A DNA stretch of 62,686 bases, the filler included, from Dirinaria sp. TL-2023a (lineage: Eukaryota), in assembly GCA_051941275.1 (NCBI GenBank). It is 2 parts of 2 records of this genome, joined end to end, with 100 filler letters (N's around TTAATTAATTAA, not from the genome) between each part and the next. Parts side by side here need not be neighbours in the genome. Positions count along the whole stretch, not along the records: positions 31,503 to 62,686 come from JAVEBF010000094.1; 1 more part is not named here. One strand, 5' to 3'. The notes under the pieces were generated by a model that worked only from the letters and a program-made list of their open reading frames with translations, had not been told where the DNA came from and did not search any database. The first letter of the stretch is position 1. The number at the start of each line of letters is the position of its first letter. Positions 49,107 through 62,686 of this stretch are shown here, one piece after another. A program made the translations under genes and the position numbers.

Positions 49107-51582
49107 ATGCAGAGCAAGCGTGATAAGGCGTCACGGAGAGCTCAGGATCCATTCCCCATCATTGCCCCACGACAGCAGCAGCCGACGAAATCGGGTTCAA
49201 GCCCGGGCTTCAAATGCCATTTTGCATCCACAGCTACCACAGCACGACTTCCTCCAAGATCTAGATATGGATGCTGGACGTGCAGAACTCGCAAGGTCAA
49301 GTGCGATGAAGCTAGACCGAAATGCACGCCGTGTACCCGACTAGGGCATCCGTGTGATTATAGCCCTCGCCTTTCCTTCAAGGATGACACTCCGCGAGTG
49401 CTCGATAAGATGCGGCCGTTTACCCATGTTTCATCTTGGCCCCTTCCGAGAAGAAAGTACGACAATTACGAGCCGGTGGAAGACTTACTGCCCCCATTCT
49501 CTATGCTGACTTGTGATGAGGAGAGGGAGCGGAAAGCAGAACACAAAGTCCCAGGCACTTATCACATCATCGTTAACCCTGCCAGCTTTAGCTCTCTCGA
49601 GCAATATGCAGACAGTCATGACCGCACAGGGTCGAGCCCAGGAGCGATATTCCGGCATACGGATTGGCAAAATCCGGTCTCGACACCCAACCTCAGGCAG
49701 GATATATTCGAAGACCCGGAAACGCTGATACTCGGGAATTTCGATGAGAATGGCTGTAGTTCAAGCTCCCCGAGTCTAACGTCAAACTCGTCATCAATGA
49801 ACCACATTCATTCAGCCCAGCCGTGCAATCGGCCGGAGGAAATGCCACCCTTGCTTGGCACCGTTTGGGAAGATGGCGAGGAGCATCGCATCAGCTTGTT
49901 TTACAAAAGCTTTGTACGAAGTCAACTGAATCAGGTGCATTTGGACTCTTTGGGCACGTCGGCGCAATCCCGGACGCCAACCATTCCTAAAGTCCTTGAT
50001 GAACAAGCGCCCAGCTATATCCCGGTACGTAGTACTTTCATCGTCGATATACCCGAGTCGACCAGACCTGGTTGGCCTCATGGCTTATGCCCAGATAATT
50101 ATAAACACATAGTGGAAAACAAAAGGCTGAACCGAGGATGATCCCTTGCCATTGGAACGTGTGCTTTCGACGTACACGAACTCTGCTGACCAATATACAT
50201 ATAGCTTTATCATGCCTTGATGGCCTTTTCTGCACTTAGCATGGCCCACAGCCAGGGTGTCCAAGGCTTGAACGCTCTACAGCATTACTCCAAAGCTCTG
50301 CCGTTACTGCATGACAGCCTCCGTACTCATGAAGATCTCTCATCAGATGGGGCACTGTTGACCCATTTCCTCTTACTTCTCTACGAGGCGAGTGGTCCTA
50401 TAACTTTGACCATGCAGCGCTGATTTTTCTTCTAGATTGCAGCTGCACAGCCTCGAGGCTCGAACTTATGGTCCCAACATCTCGATCAGCTGCTTCGAAT
50501 TATTTCGTTGCGACAAAAAATGTACGGTCGGGAAGTTCACTCACACATCCTCTGGTGGGTATTCGCTATAGATACGCACAGCATCCTCAGCGGAAGTGGC
50601 CAAGGGGATTTTGCGCAGTCAATGCTTAGAAGCGATCAATTTTTGCCGTATACAGGATATTTTACGATCGGTTCCACAAAGAGTTCTGGTCAGCAATCCA
50701 TGGATAGCCGCCAAGCGCCTTCGGTTCTCGACTTTCACCGGGCCATACTCATCATGGCAGCTCGTCTCGGAATTTTGGCGCGGGATCTCCGGCAGAGCGA
50801 TTCTCGTTCCTCCAACCGTCAAGAATTGCACGTCTACGCCATGGAGCGAGAGCAGCAGGTCACGCATTTACGAGACGATCTACGACGAACATGGGACACG
50901 CACTCACCTGCGTTCAAGGCTATGGGTTATAGCAATGGCAGCGTCCCAATCGAAGCTCGTGGCATTTTTGAGCATGTGAGTCTTTATTCTTCATAGCGCA
51001 GTTGTATGCTTTTTAATACTCCAGGAGTTCTTGACTCTTGGCTTTATACTTGGTCCCTAGCGGCGGTATTGGATACCATAATTCATGCAAGCTAATGTTT
51101 TGCTCTAGACGTATGCATTGTATCATGCGTGCATCATTTATTCTTACACAAGTAAGTGTTCGATGAATGCGTAGAGCTTCAAGAGTCGCTCAATCACGGG
51201 TTTCCTAGGTATGTGGCCTCGACAACGGTTCTACATGGGTGATAAATCGATCCCGGAGTTGTCAGACAGCATTTGCAAAGTGCTTCAGCTTGGCCGCGAG
51301 ATCACCGCCAATGGCTTTGACCAGCGCAAATTCATGGTCTTCCCAACATTCATGGCGGGCATTGCAACGAGAAACCCTGCCGACCAGCAGCTTGCACTCC
51401 AAATTCTGAAATTCCTTGAGCGCAACAGCATCGGCAAAGTCATGATGGCCACCAGACAAATCCTCGAGATTGTGTATGAGGAGCAACGGGAGCTGGCTAT
51501 GCAGGGCTGCCACCCCATGACGGTTGATTGGGTCACTACGGTGGCCGACCGGGGGCTGCAGATGATTGACGCCCGGCTTTGA
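49107..51582 (+). CDS. Zn(II)2Cys6 transcription factor with a C-terminal fungal-specific domain (Fungal_trans_2-like), multi-exon
   Basis: RSRYGCWTCRTRKVKCDEARPKCTPCTRLGHPCDY; downstream exons ALMAFSALSMAH..ALQHY, THFLLLLYE, WSQHL, ILWWVFAID and FMVFPTFMAG. Confidence 0.9.
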
Positions 51583-52445
51583 TATATCCCATTTTCCATC
51601 ATTCAGCAAGGGACAGGCGAGGGTTGGGCTTGGCGCGGTCGGGTTTTATTAAAGTAAAGATTCATGCATCGCAAGGGCTAGGGGATTGGGATATACCAAG
51701 GGATCATCACTGCGGTGCCGATAGTTGCATGGCAACAGGAGTAAAAGTGCTCACGGAGGTTTTAGCGACCACGACCACGTCTGTTTCAGCCAGGGTCCGA
51801 GCCGGTACTCGGACCACTTGATAGCAATGATAATTGTCACACTGCATTGGCAAGATGTACAAGCTTCAGTATGTATGTCGTCACAGACGCCTTTTCGACG
51901 GCCACATGGCTGCCGCGTTCAAGGACATCAATCAGGTAGGTTGGTCGTGGCGGCTGATGTCAGCCCGCATTATTGCTGGACTGGATTTGTCTAGCATACA
52001 GGGGCACTTTCCTCCTTAGAATTGCGAGGAGGGCAACTCGAGAAACGAGTATGTAAAAAGCAAAAGCAAAAGAAGGATCATGACTAGTCATTCATATCCC
52101 ATAATTTGCGCACTGATTTAGGGTCGATTGGCTTCTTGTCAAATTGTGTGTTCAGTGAGGAAGTCGGAAGATTGGACATTTAGGGTTACGTTGCAAGGGT
52201 TGACGGGGTTTTGTCGGCAACTCCTTATGTAAGCTACCTAAAGTAAGGTAATCTAAGTACGGAGTATGGTAGCTACCTTAGTTCACTACCTCGACTACCT
52301 ACATGTACATTACTTTTTAACAGCACATATCGATCATTACTATGCATGCGAGGCACACCTGTTCACCTGCCGAAAAGAACAAAATTCCAACGTTGTATGA
52401 GTACCGCCGCAACATCCAGATTTGAACCCCTTTGAGGGTATCGCA

Positions 52446-53908
52446 ATGGCCACTGCAGATCCCGAGATAAGGCCTTCAGTTCCTGGGCAGCAGGAGTTGG
52501 ACGGCTCACCTGCGAAAACATACGCAGCGGCAGCGAAAGATGTGCTCGATAATCCGACGAACCACGTTACTCCTTTGGAGCAATATTTTGGTCGAGGTGA
52601 AGATGATGCCCCGCGAAGCCCCGTCCGCAAGATGCACAAGAGAAACAGCTCGTCACGAATGAATGGGCATGTACACGATACGGGAGAATCGACATCTCAG
52701 TTGATTGTGGAGAAATTTCAGGATAAAGATGGCGAACACTTGACCACTGTCAAACAAATTCGGCGGAGCGGACAACCTCCAGCGAAACGAAAGGATGAGT
52801 TGGTCAGTGGCCGACGGGTCGGCACTAAATGGGAGAGAAGCCAGTATGCTCGTAGATTCTACATTCCATCCAGAGACTGACGTCCATCAACAGCATCCAC
52901 TTCGCTCCACTCTCTGTTCCGCTACAGCGACGACTTCAGACTTTGATCGTACTAGCACATACGCTCTGCATCGCTTCGTTCCTCACAAGCTTCTTTCTGC
53001 TGGCGGCGATCCCCCTGACGTGGCCGTTGCTCCTTCCATATCTCCTTTATATCCTCTTCTCTAATGCTGGATCGTCTGGAACGCTTTCCCATCGCTCGAA
53101 CCTTCTGCGCTCATCTTCCGTCTGGTCACTCTTTGCTTCCTACTTCCCAGCTCGCCTCCACCGCTCCGCCCCATTGACCCCTACGAGGAAATACGTTTTT
53201 GGATATCATCCACATGGGATCATCTCTCATGGCGCATTCGCTGCCTTTGCTACGGAAGCTTTGGGCTTCAGTCAGCTGTTCCCTGGCATCACGAACACGT
53301 TGCTCACGCTGGATTCGAATTTCCGAATTCCTTTCTATCGAGATTATGCTCTTGCAATGGGTCTAGGATCGGTGTCTCGTGAAAGTTGCGAAAACCTTCT
53401 CTCGAAAGGTGGTGCGAATGGAGAAGGTATGGGGCGTGCAATTACGATTGTTGTGGGCGGTGCACGGGAAAGCCTCGATGCACAACCAGGAGATTTACGC
53501 CTTGTGCTCAAACGGCGTAAAGGCTTCATCAAGCTTGCCATCCGGACCGGTGCCGACCTTGTCCCCGTGCTGGCATTCGGTGAGAACGAGTTATACGACC
53601 AAATCTCTTCCGACTCCCATCCCCTTGTCCACAAAGGGCAGATGATTGTGAAGAAATTACTCGGATTCACGATCCCGCTGTTTCACGCGCGGGGCGTCTT
53701 CAATTACGATATCGGCATGATGCCTTACCGGCGGCCGCTCAACGTTGTGGTCGGCAGACCCATAGCCGTGATACGGCAACAGGAGCCAGACAGCGGCTAT
53801 GTGGACGAGCTGCATGCGCAGTACGTTGGCGAGCTGGAACGAATATGGGAGGAATGGAAAGACCAGTTCGCGAGGGATCGCAGGGGAGAGCTGCAGATCG
53901 TAGAATAA
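52446..53908 (+). CDS. DGA1: Diacylglycerol O-acyltransferase (DGAT2 family), 2 exons
   Basis: One intron, then FAPLSVPLQRRLQT, YFP, FGYHPHG, VVGGARE, RKGFIKLA, LVPVLAFGEN and VVGRPI. Confidence 0.95.
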
Positions 53909-54607
53909 AATTACGTATGTGTGCCAGAAGGTTGAGGAAGACACAGTTTGCTGCAGACTATGATACCAGGATGTCCGGTTGTAGAGTACATAAGGTATTT
54001 ACCCACAGCTGCTGCTGCTCCCAGCAATCTGGGGGGGGAGCAGCAAATTGCAGAAAGCGGATAGACCACGCGCGACAGCTATCGCGAGACGCGCAAGTTG
54101 CACGTGAAGCCGGCGATACGCTCCCCAATGTTGTCAGAGCCAGCTGATATATAATGATAAAAGTCCACCAGCTCGGTCTGTAAAGGTACAGTAGGAATCC
54201 GCCGCAGCACCATTCTTAGTTTGACATTTGGCCCCCATGGATCCCATAATCCACCGTCCCAAGACTCCCAGGGGAAGGATGAAGTCAAGACCGGGCACCC
54301 TGGCCAGGACTGCAATGTTCCTACCGTACCTTAACCTTAGCCTGCCTTAGGTTCGAGCTGTACCTGCACATCGCAAATCATGGGAGGCGGGCGAGCGTCC
54401 AGTCACAGGTGCAGTTGCTGTGGGGAATCACGGGGATGCGCGTTTGGCTCTTGCCAGCGAAGCAGATTAAACCCCTCTTGGCGGCCACGCAGGGCGTGTT
54501 TGCACTTTGCAGCAACGATGGAAAAAACTCTGAGACTTGTCTGGAAACCAAACCCCCCCCCCCCCCTGATTATCAATTACACACAGTGAAAGGGACTGCT
54601 GGCACAG

Positions 54608-54634
54608 GATGATGATGATGATGATGATGATGAT
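54608..54634 (+). repeat. (GAT)9 microsatellite
   Basis: Read directly from the sequence. Confidence 0.95.
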
Positions 54635-55988
54635 GGTTGTTACTGTGTAACAAGTTGGGAAGAGCATTCAGAGAAAGTACTCCAGAGTAGTAGTGTACAG
54701 TAGACGGGTACTCGTACTCGTACCAGATGGGTAGTAGATTCGAGAGTTCGCTGTTACGAGTATGTACTGGTGTTGCGAAGGAACAGGAAGGCTCGGCAAT
54801 ATTCCTTCCTCTTCGTGTTTGCACTTCTTGGTTGATCACTTCATTATTCGTACCCTAATCAGATAAGTAGTATGTACTGTACGGTACTTCTAGGCTACCT
54901 TACTAGCGTCCTGGTTCCCTTGAAATACATGTCATAAGCGAGAGAGTGGTGAGTGGGAGACTGGGAAGTTGGAGTGAAAATGGCCAAGTGTTGGCGACGC
55001 TGCCATGTGTAAGCGAAAGGGAAGGTCAATGCCAACCCTGCGCTGGCGAAAGTCAAGTATTTGATAAACATGGGGTGTGTATGTAAATTGTAAAAGCCAC
55101 AGTGGTTAGTAATTTAGTAGTGTCCAGGTAGGTACGTAGTAGTAGGACGTAGGTACAGTAAGGTATGGTAAGTGGGTAGGGTATGCAGAGTGTGGGCGAT
55201 GGAGGGGTGGGGAAGGACTTGTTAGGGTCGAGGGTGGAGGCCTGGAGGGCAGCCTGGCGAGCCTGGGCAAGAAGTGGGCGAGTCACGTGTTCGGTAGCAG
55301 TACCTACCTTACCTTAGGGGAAGGACTCGTTGCTTCTTCCCTCCCAGTCCCAAGGTACCTTAGGTACTTACTACTCGTACTGGGTGGTAACCTTACCTGA
55401 CCTTACAAGTCCCTCTACCTCTACCTAGTTTAATCTGCTCTAGCGCCCTGAGATTAGCCGGGGAAGAGCCCAAAAAGCGAAGCAGCAAAGCGCAACAAAG
55501 CCGATTCGACGGTCCAAACAGCCACTCCGCCAGTCTACCTTCGCGCTTTACTCGCCCCGTCTTCCGTCTGAGACGTAGACACTCTGAAGCTATCCATTTC
55601 GACATCTCATCCCACCCACTCCTCCAACTATTGACACGCTTCGCCATACCCATCCCCATCCACATCCCCATACCACGTCCTCTCCCCCCACCAATTCTCC
55701 TGCCCAACACTCTGGGCATTTGTCGCCAGCCACAGTCTATCGTCGTGCCACGCTAAGCTCCCGAAGCCGCAGAGAGCCTCTCCCACCACGCTTGCAAGAA
55801 CTGCTTTAACACCTTGCTGGATCGACCACAGGCGCATATGTGGGCCCTGAATATCTCCGACAGACTACCACATTGATGCCTCACGACGCTCAACATCTGC
55901 CATCGCGAGCCTCGACTCGAACCACGACCACCACACCCTAAGGCACCCTGGCCAGGGCTCCAAGGCCTTAGATTATGATTCGAGCCCA

Positions 55989-58900
55989 ATGTCAATGGAC
56001 CATACCAACAGGCACGATGGTGCGGCAGTCTCGAGTCCGACCGACTCCATGATATCCCCCTTACAGCCCCTCACATACGACCCCTTCGCGGCTAAACGCC
56101 CACTGATGTCCACGAATTTCGAGCCTTATGCAGCAAACAGCAGAATCAATGCTTCCACGGGCGAAAACACATCCGAAGACTACTCTTCCGATTCTCATGG
56201 ATTCTACAGACGATATCATCAAGATCCCTTTCCCACCGATGCAACCGAAGGCTTACGGCAGGCGGACATGGTCGGTATTAAGCGGCAAGAGATACCTGGT
56301 ATCACGACCTCGAGACAGCAAACAAGGCCAAACATCTCGCAATCAAGAACGAACGGCACCAAATTCCCAAGCCTCTCTTCTCGAATGCAGAGCAATTACA
56401 CATCTCGGTCTTTCCAGTCGTCATCGCCCGCCAGCAACTCGCCGCTGAGTGCCACGAAATCGACGCCAAGTCTTACGAACACTGCCCGGAATCGCCAGAC
56501 GTCGTTGAAAGATTTGGTCAACAAATTCAACCAAAATCCGAACGAGGCCCCACCGTTGCCAAAGAAACCCCAGTCACGGTCTACTTCCACCAATTCCAAT
56601 TCTCACGCTGGCGGCTATGAACGAGCGCGCACCAATTCTCAATCAAAGATTCCCCGCCAGGCGCAAGCAAGCCAAGAGCAGTTGTTGATCGATCAACAAA
56701 GGAGGGGCCGAACGGAGGAAGAAGCCTACACAACCCAGACTTCTCCAAGCAGCCCCCGTGCGCGCCGGTCAACGACCGGTGAGTATGCTTCCCAATCTAT
56801 GACCAATTTGAATCCCGGTAATGGGAGCGTAACGCGAAAGCCTCTTTTTGGTGAGATTCTGGCTTCGAATGACAGCCACATGCATGCGGGTTACGGTATA
56901 CCAGCAGCTCGCCGTAGGCGGGGTTCTGAAGGTAGCATGCACAGTCCGAATCCTATGTTCCCTGACGAAAGAAGACGCTTGGCTCAGAGTCCTCCGCCTT
57001 CGTCGCCGTCTGCGTGGTACAGAGGGCACACTCCGACACTGGAGGAAATCAAGCAAGAGAAGGCTATCCCGGAACTGCCACCCACCATCCACAGGAGGAC
57101 AAGGAGTGACTTCACTGGCGCACCTGTAGGACCACCGACGCGACCTCACACTGCATTTCAAATGGCGCCCGGCGATGTGCCTACTTCGTCCACCGCCCAT
57201 GCAATACCAAAGCGGGACTCACAGTCAAGGATACCTCTGAGCTCCCAGCGCCTGAGTATGACTTCGGATTCCGACAACGGTACTCCATCAACACGGACGA
57301 GCTCTTCCCTGAGTAGGTATGCATCACACATCATATCACCACCAAAAGGCACCAGTGCGCTGCCGGTTCCGAGTCAAAAACCCCGCACCCCACAACCAAT
57401 TGCTCCTCAGTCGCCCTCCTCCCGTAAGTCTCCGCGAGCGCGCAACGCACAGAATATATCCACCAGCCCTCGGCTTGCCGCATTCATTTCAGCGCCTTTA
57501 CCAAAGAAGTCACCACCCTTGAGAAGCTCGAGGCCTCGGCAACCGGTTTCAAGCGCTTCGACTTCTGCGTCGAGAGCACGAGCTACCGACAAGTGCTCGA
57601 TTTATGAAAATGGCGGTCCTAGAGAGTACAGCCACCGACGATTACCGGAACTTGGTGGCGTTGACTTTGCGGCAAGGAGGGAGAAAATCCAGCGAGCATT
57701 TACAAAGTCAGTCAAGGCAGAGGAAAGACGAAGGGCATCAGTTGCACAGGAAGCTCGGGCTCAAGAGATTAAGTCGGCTGGTGACGGTGCGCAGGAAGAG
57801 ACCTCACCAAAAGATGAAAACTTAGAGACAGCCCCACCTCAAACGACGGAAAACCGCGAAGAAGAAGTATTTCGGACACCTGGAGAAGAGTTGCCGAGGA
57901 CAGAGCGTGACCTCACAATCAATACTGGACACTTGTCGGAAAGATCAGTTCTGGATTTGAGTCAAGAAGATTCGCCTACCCTGGGCGTTCTAGGCCGATT
58001 CACCAGTCTAAATCGCGTTTCTGAGGACGATATGACGCCTACGTCCGACATTGAACCTTCTTCGGCCGTTACCGCCGGTACCTCAGATTCCGTTGATACT
58101 TTCTTTGACGATGAACCCCAAGAGGAAGATGATATGATCCGAGCGCCGCAACCAGAGTCAGATCGTAAGACTCCGCATTCTGAGCACAAGACCCTCCTCA
58201 GTCACATCATGAGCATGCGAGACCGAAGTCCCGCTAGTCCGACGAGAGAGCACCATCCACGGCAGGAGGAGGAGACGTCGTCTGATCCGGACGATCGAGA
58301 GTCCATACAGATCATGCTTGGCGAGACACCGGTGCTGGAAAAGCCACCGCACGTCGACCAGATGGAAGAGCATGGGTCAAATGAGCATTCCGAAAGCGAT
58401 GCACCTGGAAGCCGGTGGAGTATAAGCTCTTGGACTTCCTCGAATAAGTCCAAAGACGCCGAAAGGGAAATCCCAATGAACAGAATCGATGAAGATTCAC
58501 CTCCGCATTCACGGCAGAATGATGCAGCTCACCTGTCTGTATCAACAGCGACTAGCGAAGCAACACCACAACCTTGGTCACCAGCCACGTTCACTTCACC
58601 GCAGACCGATCGTAGTACATTGGACAGCGACGCCTATAGTACAATTAACCGAGTGCTCGACCATTACCACGACCCTAGCGTCGTGAGCCCAAGGCTGATG
58701 CACGATGTCCAGCAGCATATCTTTGCGCAGTCTCCGGACTTGGCTCGGCAAGGTGGATGGGATCCAAAGAAAGTCACGCAGCTATACTTGCAGCAACTAG
58801 CTCGTGAACGAGCTGTTACGAGAGGAAGTAATCTACCTGATCCTCATAAATATCGCAGGAAACCAGTCAATATGCAGTCACCGACGTCCGCGCCACGAGC

Positions 58901-61900
58901 ACCTGAGAAGGATGCCCGGAACGAGAAAATACTGAGCCCTCCCGAGAGCGCTTCTCACACCCGAAACACCAGCCTTGATGTTGACGAAGGCGACTTCACG
59001 CTCACACATAGGGCAAGCATGAATCATCCTGGAGATTGGGACATGTCACCATCGATCGCTGACTGGATCGCGCCCCAAGCCGAGGACAGCCCGTCTGATG
59101 AGAAACCTCCAGTATCCTCGATGACGCCGGACAGGGCCAGACACGAGCCGGCCGAATTGGGCGATCAAGATGTATCCATAGCATCGAAGGAATACCGCCC
59201 ACAGTTGCCGGAAATCACGGGCGCAGGGGAGCCTCTTGGACTAGCCATCAACATCACTTCACCCCAAGAAAACGATTCCCCCAGAATGCCTCCTCCGTTA
59301 CCGGACCATGTACCACCGCCTCCGCCCATGGAGGCTGCAGCCCCAGCCCAATCCGCTTCACAGATGGCAGTCCCAACACCACCGTCTACGAATCTCCGGA
59401 AGAGGCACCTCATCCATGACATGAGGCATTCCCGAATAGCTGTCGACGTACCCAGCCTACCTGCCCAAGACAGCAACGAATCCTCCCGTCAGTCCGGTAC
59501 AACCACCTCGTCGACACAGCCCTCAGGGTCATCTTTTTCTCAAGGAAGGCCTAGCGTGGAAACACAACCTACCTCCACTGAATCGGTCAGAATCGACCCT
59601 CTCGAGCAGAAGCGCTTGACAAAGCGACGGCACATAATCAAGGAGCTTGTGGATACTGAACATTCCTTCGGGCAAGATATGAAAGTTGTCGACGACATTT
59701 ACAAGGGAACGTCGAACGTGATCATCATCTCTGCGGAGGACGTCAAGACTTTGTTCGGCAACTCGGACCAAGTTGTTGCATTCTCTACCCATTTCCTTGA
59801 CGCGCTCAAACAAGCTGCAAAGAGTGTCTACGTCTTGCCCAAGTCGAAACGCTGGAGAAGCAACCGGGAGAGTAACATGACCACCAATAGTTTGGGCACA
59901 GATGACCAGTCTTCTCTTAATGGTGTCGAATTGAACGATGATGACAGAGACCGTAGGACTTTCATCGGCGAAGCATTCGGAAGCCATATGGCGCAAATGG
60001 AGAAGGTCTACGCGGATTATCTTAAGAATCACGATGCCGCCAATCAGAAGCTCCAGATTCTGCAGAAGAACGAGAAGGTTCAAATATGGCTGAAGGAGTG
60101 CCGTGCTTATGCGCACGACCTTACCTCGGCCTGGGACCTGGACTCGTTACTCGTCAAGCCTGTCCAACGCATCCTAAAATATCCCTTATTGCTGGATCAA
60201 TTGTTGGAAGCGACGCCTGAGAATCATCCTGATTTTGCCAAACTTGATATTGCCGCCAGGGAAATGAAGGGGATATCTATGCGAATCAACGAAATGAAAA
60301 AGCGTGCGGACATCATGGAACAGGTTACTAATACGCGAAAACGAAAAGAGTCAGACGTCCGGATCGGCTTGTCGAAAGCGTTCGGTCGGCGTACAGAGAA
60401 GCTCAGACAGCAAGTGGGACTTTCGGATATGGTCGAAGATGTCCAGTACAGCGCAGTATCTGAGAAGTTCGGCTCGCACTTTTTCCAGCTGCAAGTGGTC
60501 ATGAGGGATGTGGAGATGTATACCAACGATGTGCAGTCCTTCATGAGAAGGTTCTTGGACTTTGCAACAGCTATGGAAGAGCACATTGACGTAGGTCAGA
60601 CCAGTTATCCGGAGGCTGAGAGCAAATGGCGGAAATTCAGGATGTCAATGACTGAGATGACTGTGACTGCGCTTTCTGATCATGTAAGTTCACCTTTTGG
60701 AGCCCATGCTACTTGCCCTTCCACATTAACATCTCGTTAGGTCAATGCTGTTCGTAAGAACGTCATAGAGCCAATGACTACTCTGCTCAAGCTACACGAC
60801 GGGCCTCAAAGGCTTATGCAGAAGCGCAACAAGCGACTCATGGACTATGCGCGTTACAAGGCCATCAAGGACCGCGGTGACAAACTGGACAGGAAGACTG
60901 CAGAGCAAGGCGAGCAATTCATCGCTGTCAATGATACGCTGAAAGAAGAGCTTCCGAAACTCTTCTCTTTGACTGGAAAGCTCGTCGAAGCTTGCCTAAA
61001 CAACTTCATCCAACTTCAGCTGCAGTGGCAGGCTATTTGGAAGAGGAAGCTTGCTCAAGCCATTGACGATTACAAGCCTCCCATCAACGTCAATGACATT
61101 GTGTCCGCCTTCACCGGCGACTTCCAATTTGTCGAAGCTCAAGTTCTCTCTCTCGGCATATGCAACGGGTCAATGCTCGCTGATGCTGCCAATCTGGTGG
61201 GCTTCCTTTCGCCTAGCACTACTTTGAACGGAGATGAGATGGCCGCCGCCTCGAGACAGGTATCGTCTACGGAGATCACGAAGCATCGCACGACTTCTGT
61301 TAGCAGTGACTTGTCACCTGTGCTACCAAAACCTGATTTCGGCGGCCGAGAGAGTGGTAGTTTCTTCGGAAACATGGCTTCTGCTTCAACGTCTAACATT
61401 GAGCCGACCCGTCGTATGCGCGCCAGCTCCACTATTTCTCACGAAAACAGCCCACAGACCCCAGATGTGCCAGGAAGTTATCGCTCTTACTCCAACAGCA
61501 CTACACCTTCCAACCCTCCGAGACGTCCAAACACAGCCACTGGTAGAACCTCATTGCAGTCACCTCCGCTCAACCGTCCAAGTGTCGATAGTCCGGATTA
61601 TAGCCATGTCGGCGAACAATCCGCGTTTGCGAACCGGCCGCCTTCTGGTCAGACATATCCACAAATCCATCCACCTCGAAGCTCGTCTCCTACAACTCGG
61701 TATTCTGGCTTGTTCAGCTCCGCGCTACCGATGTCGGATTCGCCTCGCACAGAGTCGCCGATCGAGCTGGGCTCAAGGCGGGACTACAAAGTCTTGTTCC
61801 TGGCCGCCAGCGTTTACGAATTCAACATTGACCGTGCCAGGAGGGAAGCAGGGTACCCTTATTTGACATATGTTGCTGGAGAGGTAGGTCGTATCTGGGG

Positions 61901-62051
61901 GGGAATATTACGTGGAGCTTACTGAATCGTGTCACAGATATTCGACGTTATTGGCGAGAAGGGCGAGCTATGGCTGGCCAAGAACCAAGACGATGCAACA
62001 TGTCAGGTTGGGTGGATCTGGAACAAGCACTTTGTCAAGTTTGCCTCATGA
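55989..62051 (+). CDS. Rho guanine-nucleotide exchange factor with DH, BAR and C-terminal SH3-like domains (dynamin-binding protein-like), 3 exons
   Basis: Long disordered Ser/Pro-rich N-terminus. DH: RRHIIKELVDTE, LLVKPVQRILKYPLLL. BAR: KRNKRLMDYARY..NDTLKEELP. SH3-like: FLAASVYEF..YLTYVAGE|IFDVIGEKGELWLAKN..GWIWNKHF. Stop at 62049-62051. Confidence 0.92.
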
Positions 62052-62523
62052 TCGACTTCGCATTCATATCCAACTACCTCTGCCCTTCTTCGATGCGCTA
62101 CTGGTCGCCTATGATACGATCAGTAATTCGAAAATAATATCGCTCTTACGGGTCCACCAGCATCGGTGGTCGGAGAATTAGCGCTCTCCCGGGCTTTACA
62201 GCCACCTCTTGCCGACCGAAACATTCGATTCTTGCTCCATAACCTTCCTAAAAGCATATCGGTACTTTTGCACACATTTTCGCCCCGATTCCAGCGTCTG
62301 CGCGTTCAAGCAAGCGAGGTTCCTCTTTTTTTGATTTCCTTCCATGCCAGCCAGCCAGCGTTCTATGAAGCTGGCTCTGCACCACTGTACGGCCAACAGA
62401 CACACGAGAGAAAGAATCCAACAACAGCAAACAAGAGCTTACGAAGCAACGTGCCTCCTTTCCTTGTTCATCTTCATTCTTCTTCATTGTTCAACGGGGG
62501 TTTTACATGTTTTATACACGCGC

Positions 62524-62524
<1 letters not shown>

Positions 62525-62557
<33 letters not shown>
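62525..62557 (+). repeat. (CAG)11 microsatellite
   Basis: Read directly from the sequence. Confidence 0.95.
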
Positions 62558-62560
<3 letters not shown>

Positions 62561-62686
62561 ACGTGTAGCAAGCAAGGATCACGGGGGCGCGGCAACGGCG
62601 GAATCGGCGTATGTTACGTACTCGTACGTGGTCATCATTCAGGATTTGGGTGGCGATGCAAGCCAAGCGGGGGGAAGTGGGGGAAA

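Noticed and set aside
49107..51582. Zn2Cys6 factor as pathway-specific regulator of the PKS cluster
   Set aside because: It lies over 21 kb away, beyond an artificial contig join and among housekeeping genes.

Overview
This window is from a filamentous ascomycete (GT-AG introns with CTAAC/CTGAC branch points). It contains two segments joined by an artificial 100-bp scaffold linker (N44-TTAATTAATTAA-N44, 31403-31502). The left segment is an accessory, secondary-metabolism region. Its core is a head-to-head pair of apparently intact iterative polyketide synthases: a highly reducing PKS (KS-AT-DH-pseudoMT-ER-KR-ACP, about 2581 aa, minus strand) and a non-reducing PKS (SAT-KS-AT-PT-ACP-TE, about 2095 aa, plus strand). 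Next to them lie an intact intronless YbcY/VrtF-like SAM methyltransferase, a decayed Methyltransf_2 O-methyltransferase pseudogene not visible in the ORF track, a DUF3112 membrane protein, and ankyrin- and WD40-like gene relics. This compact dual-PKS locus, predicted to make an alkyl-resorcylate, benzenediol lactone or depside, is the best candidate for an undescribed system. The right segment is mostly housekeeping: a small Cys-rich secreted protein, an M19 dipeptidase, ADE8, a Pho80/Pcl cyclin, ECM29, a Zn2Cys6 transcription factor, DGA1 and a DH-BAR-SH3 RhoGEF. All family assignments come from motifs recognised by eye; no database search was run.
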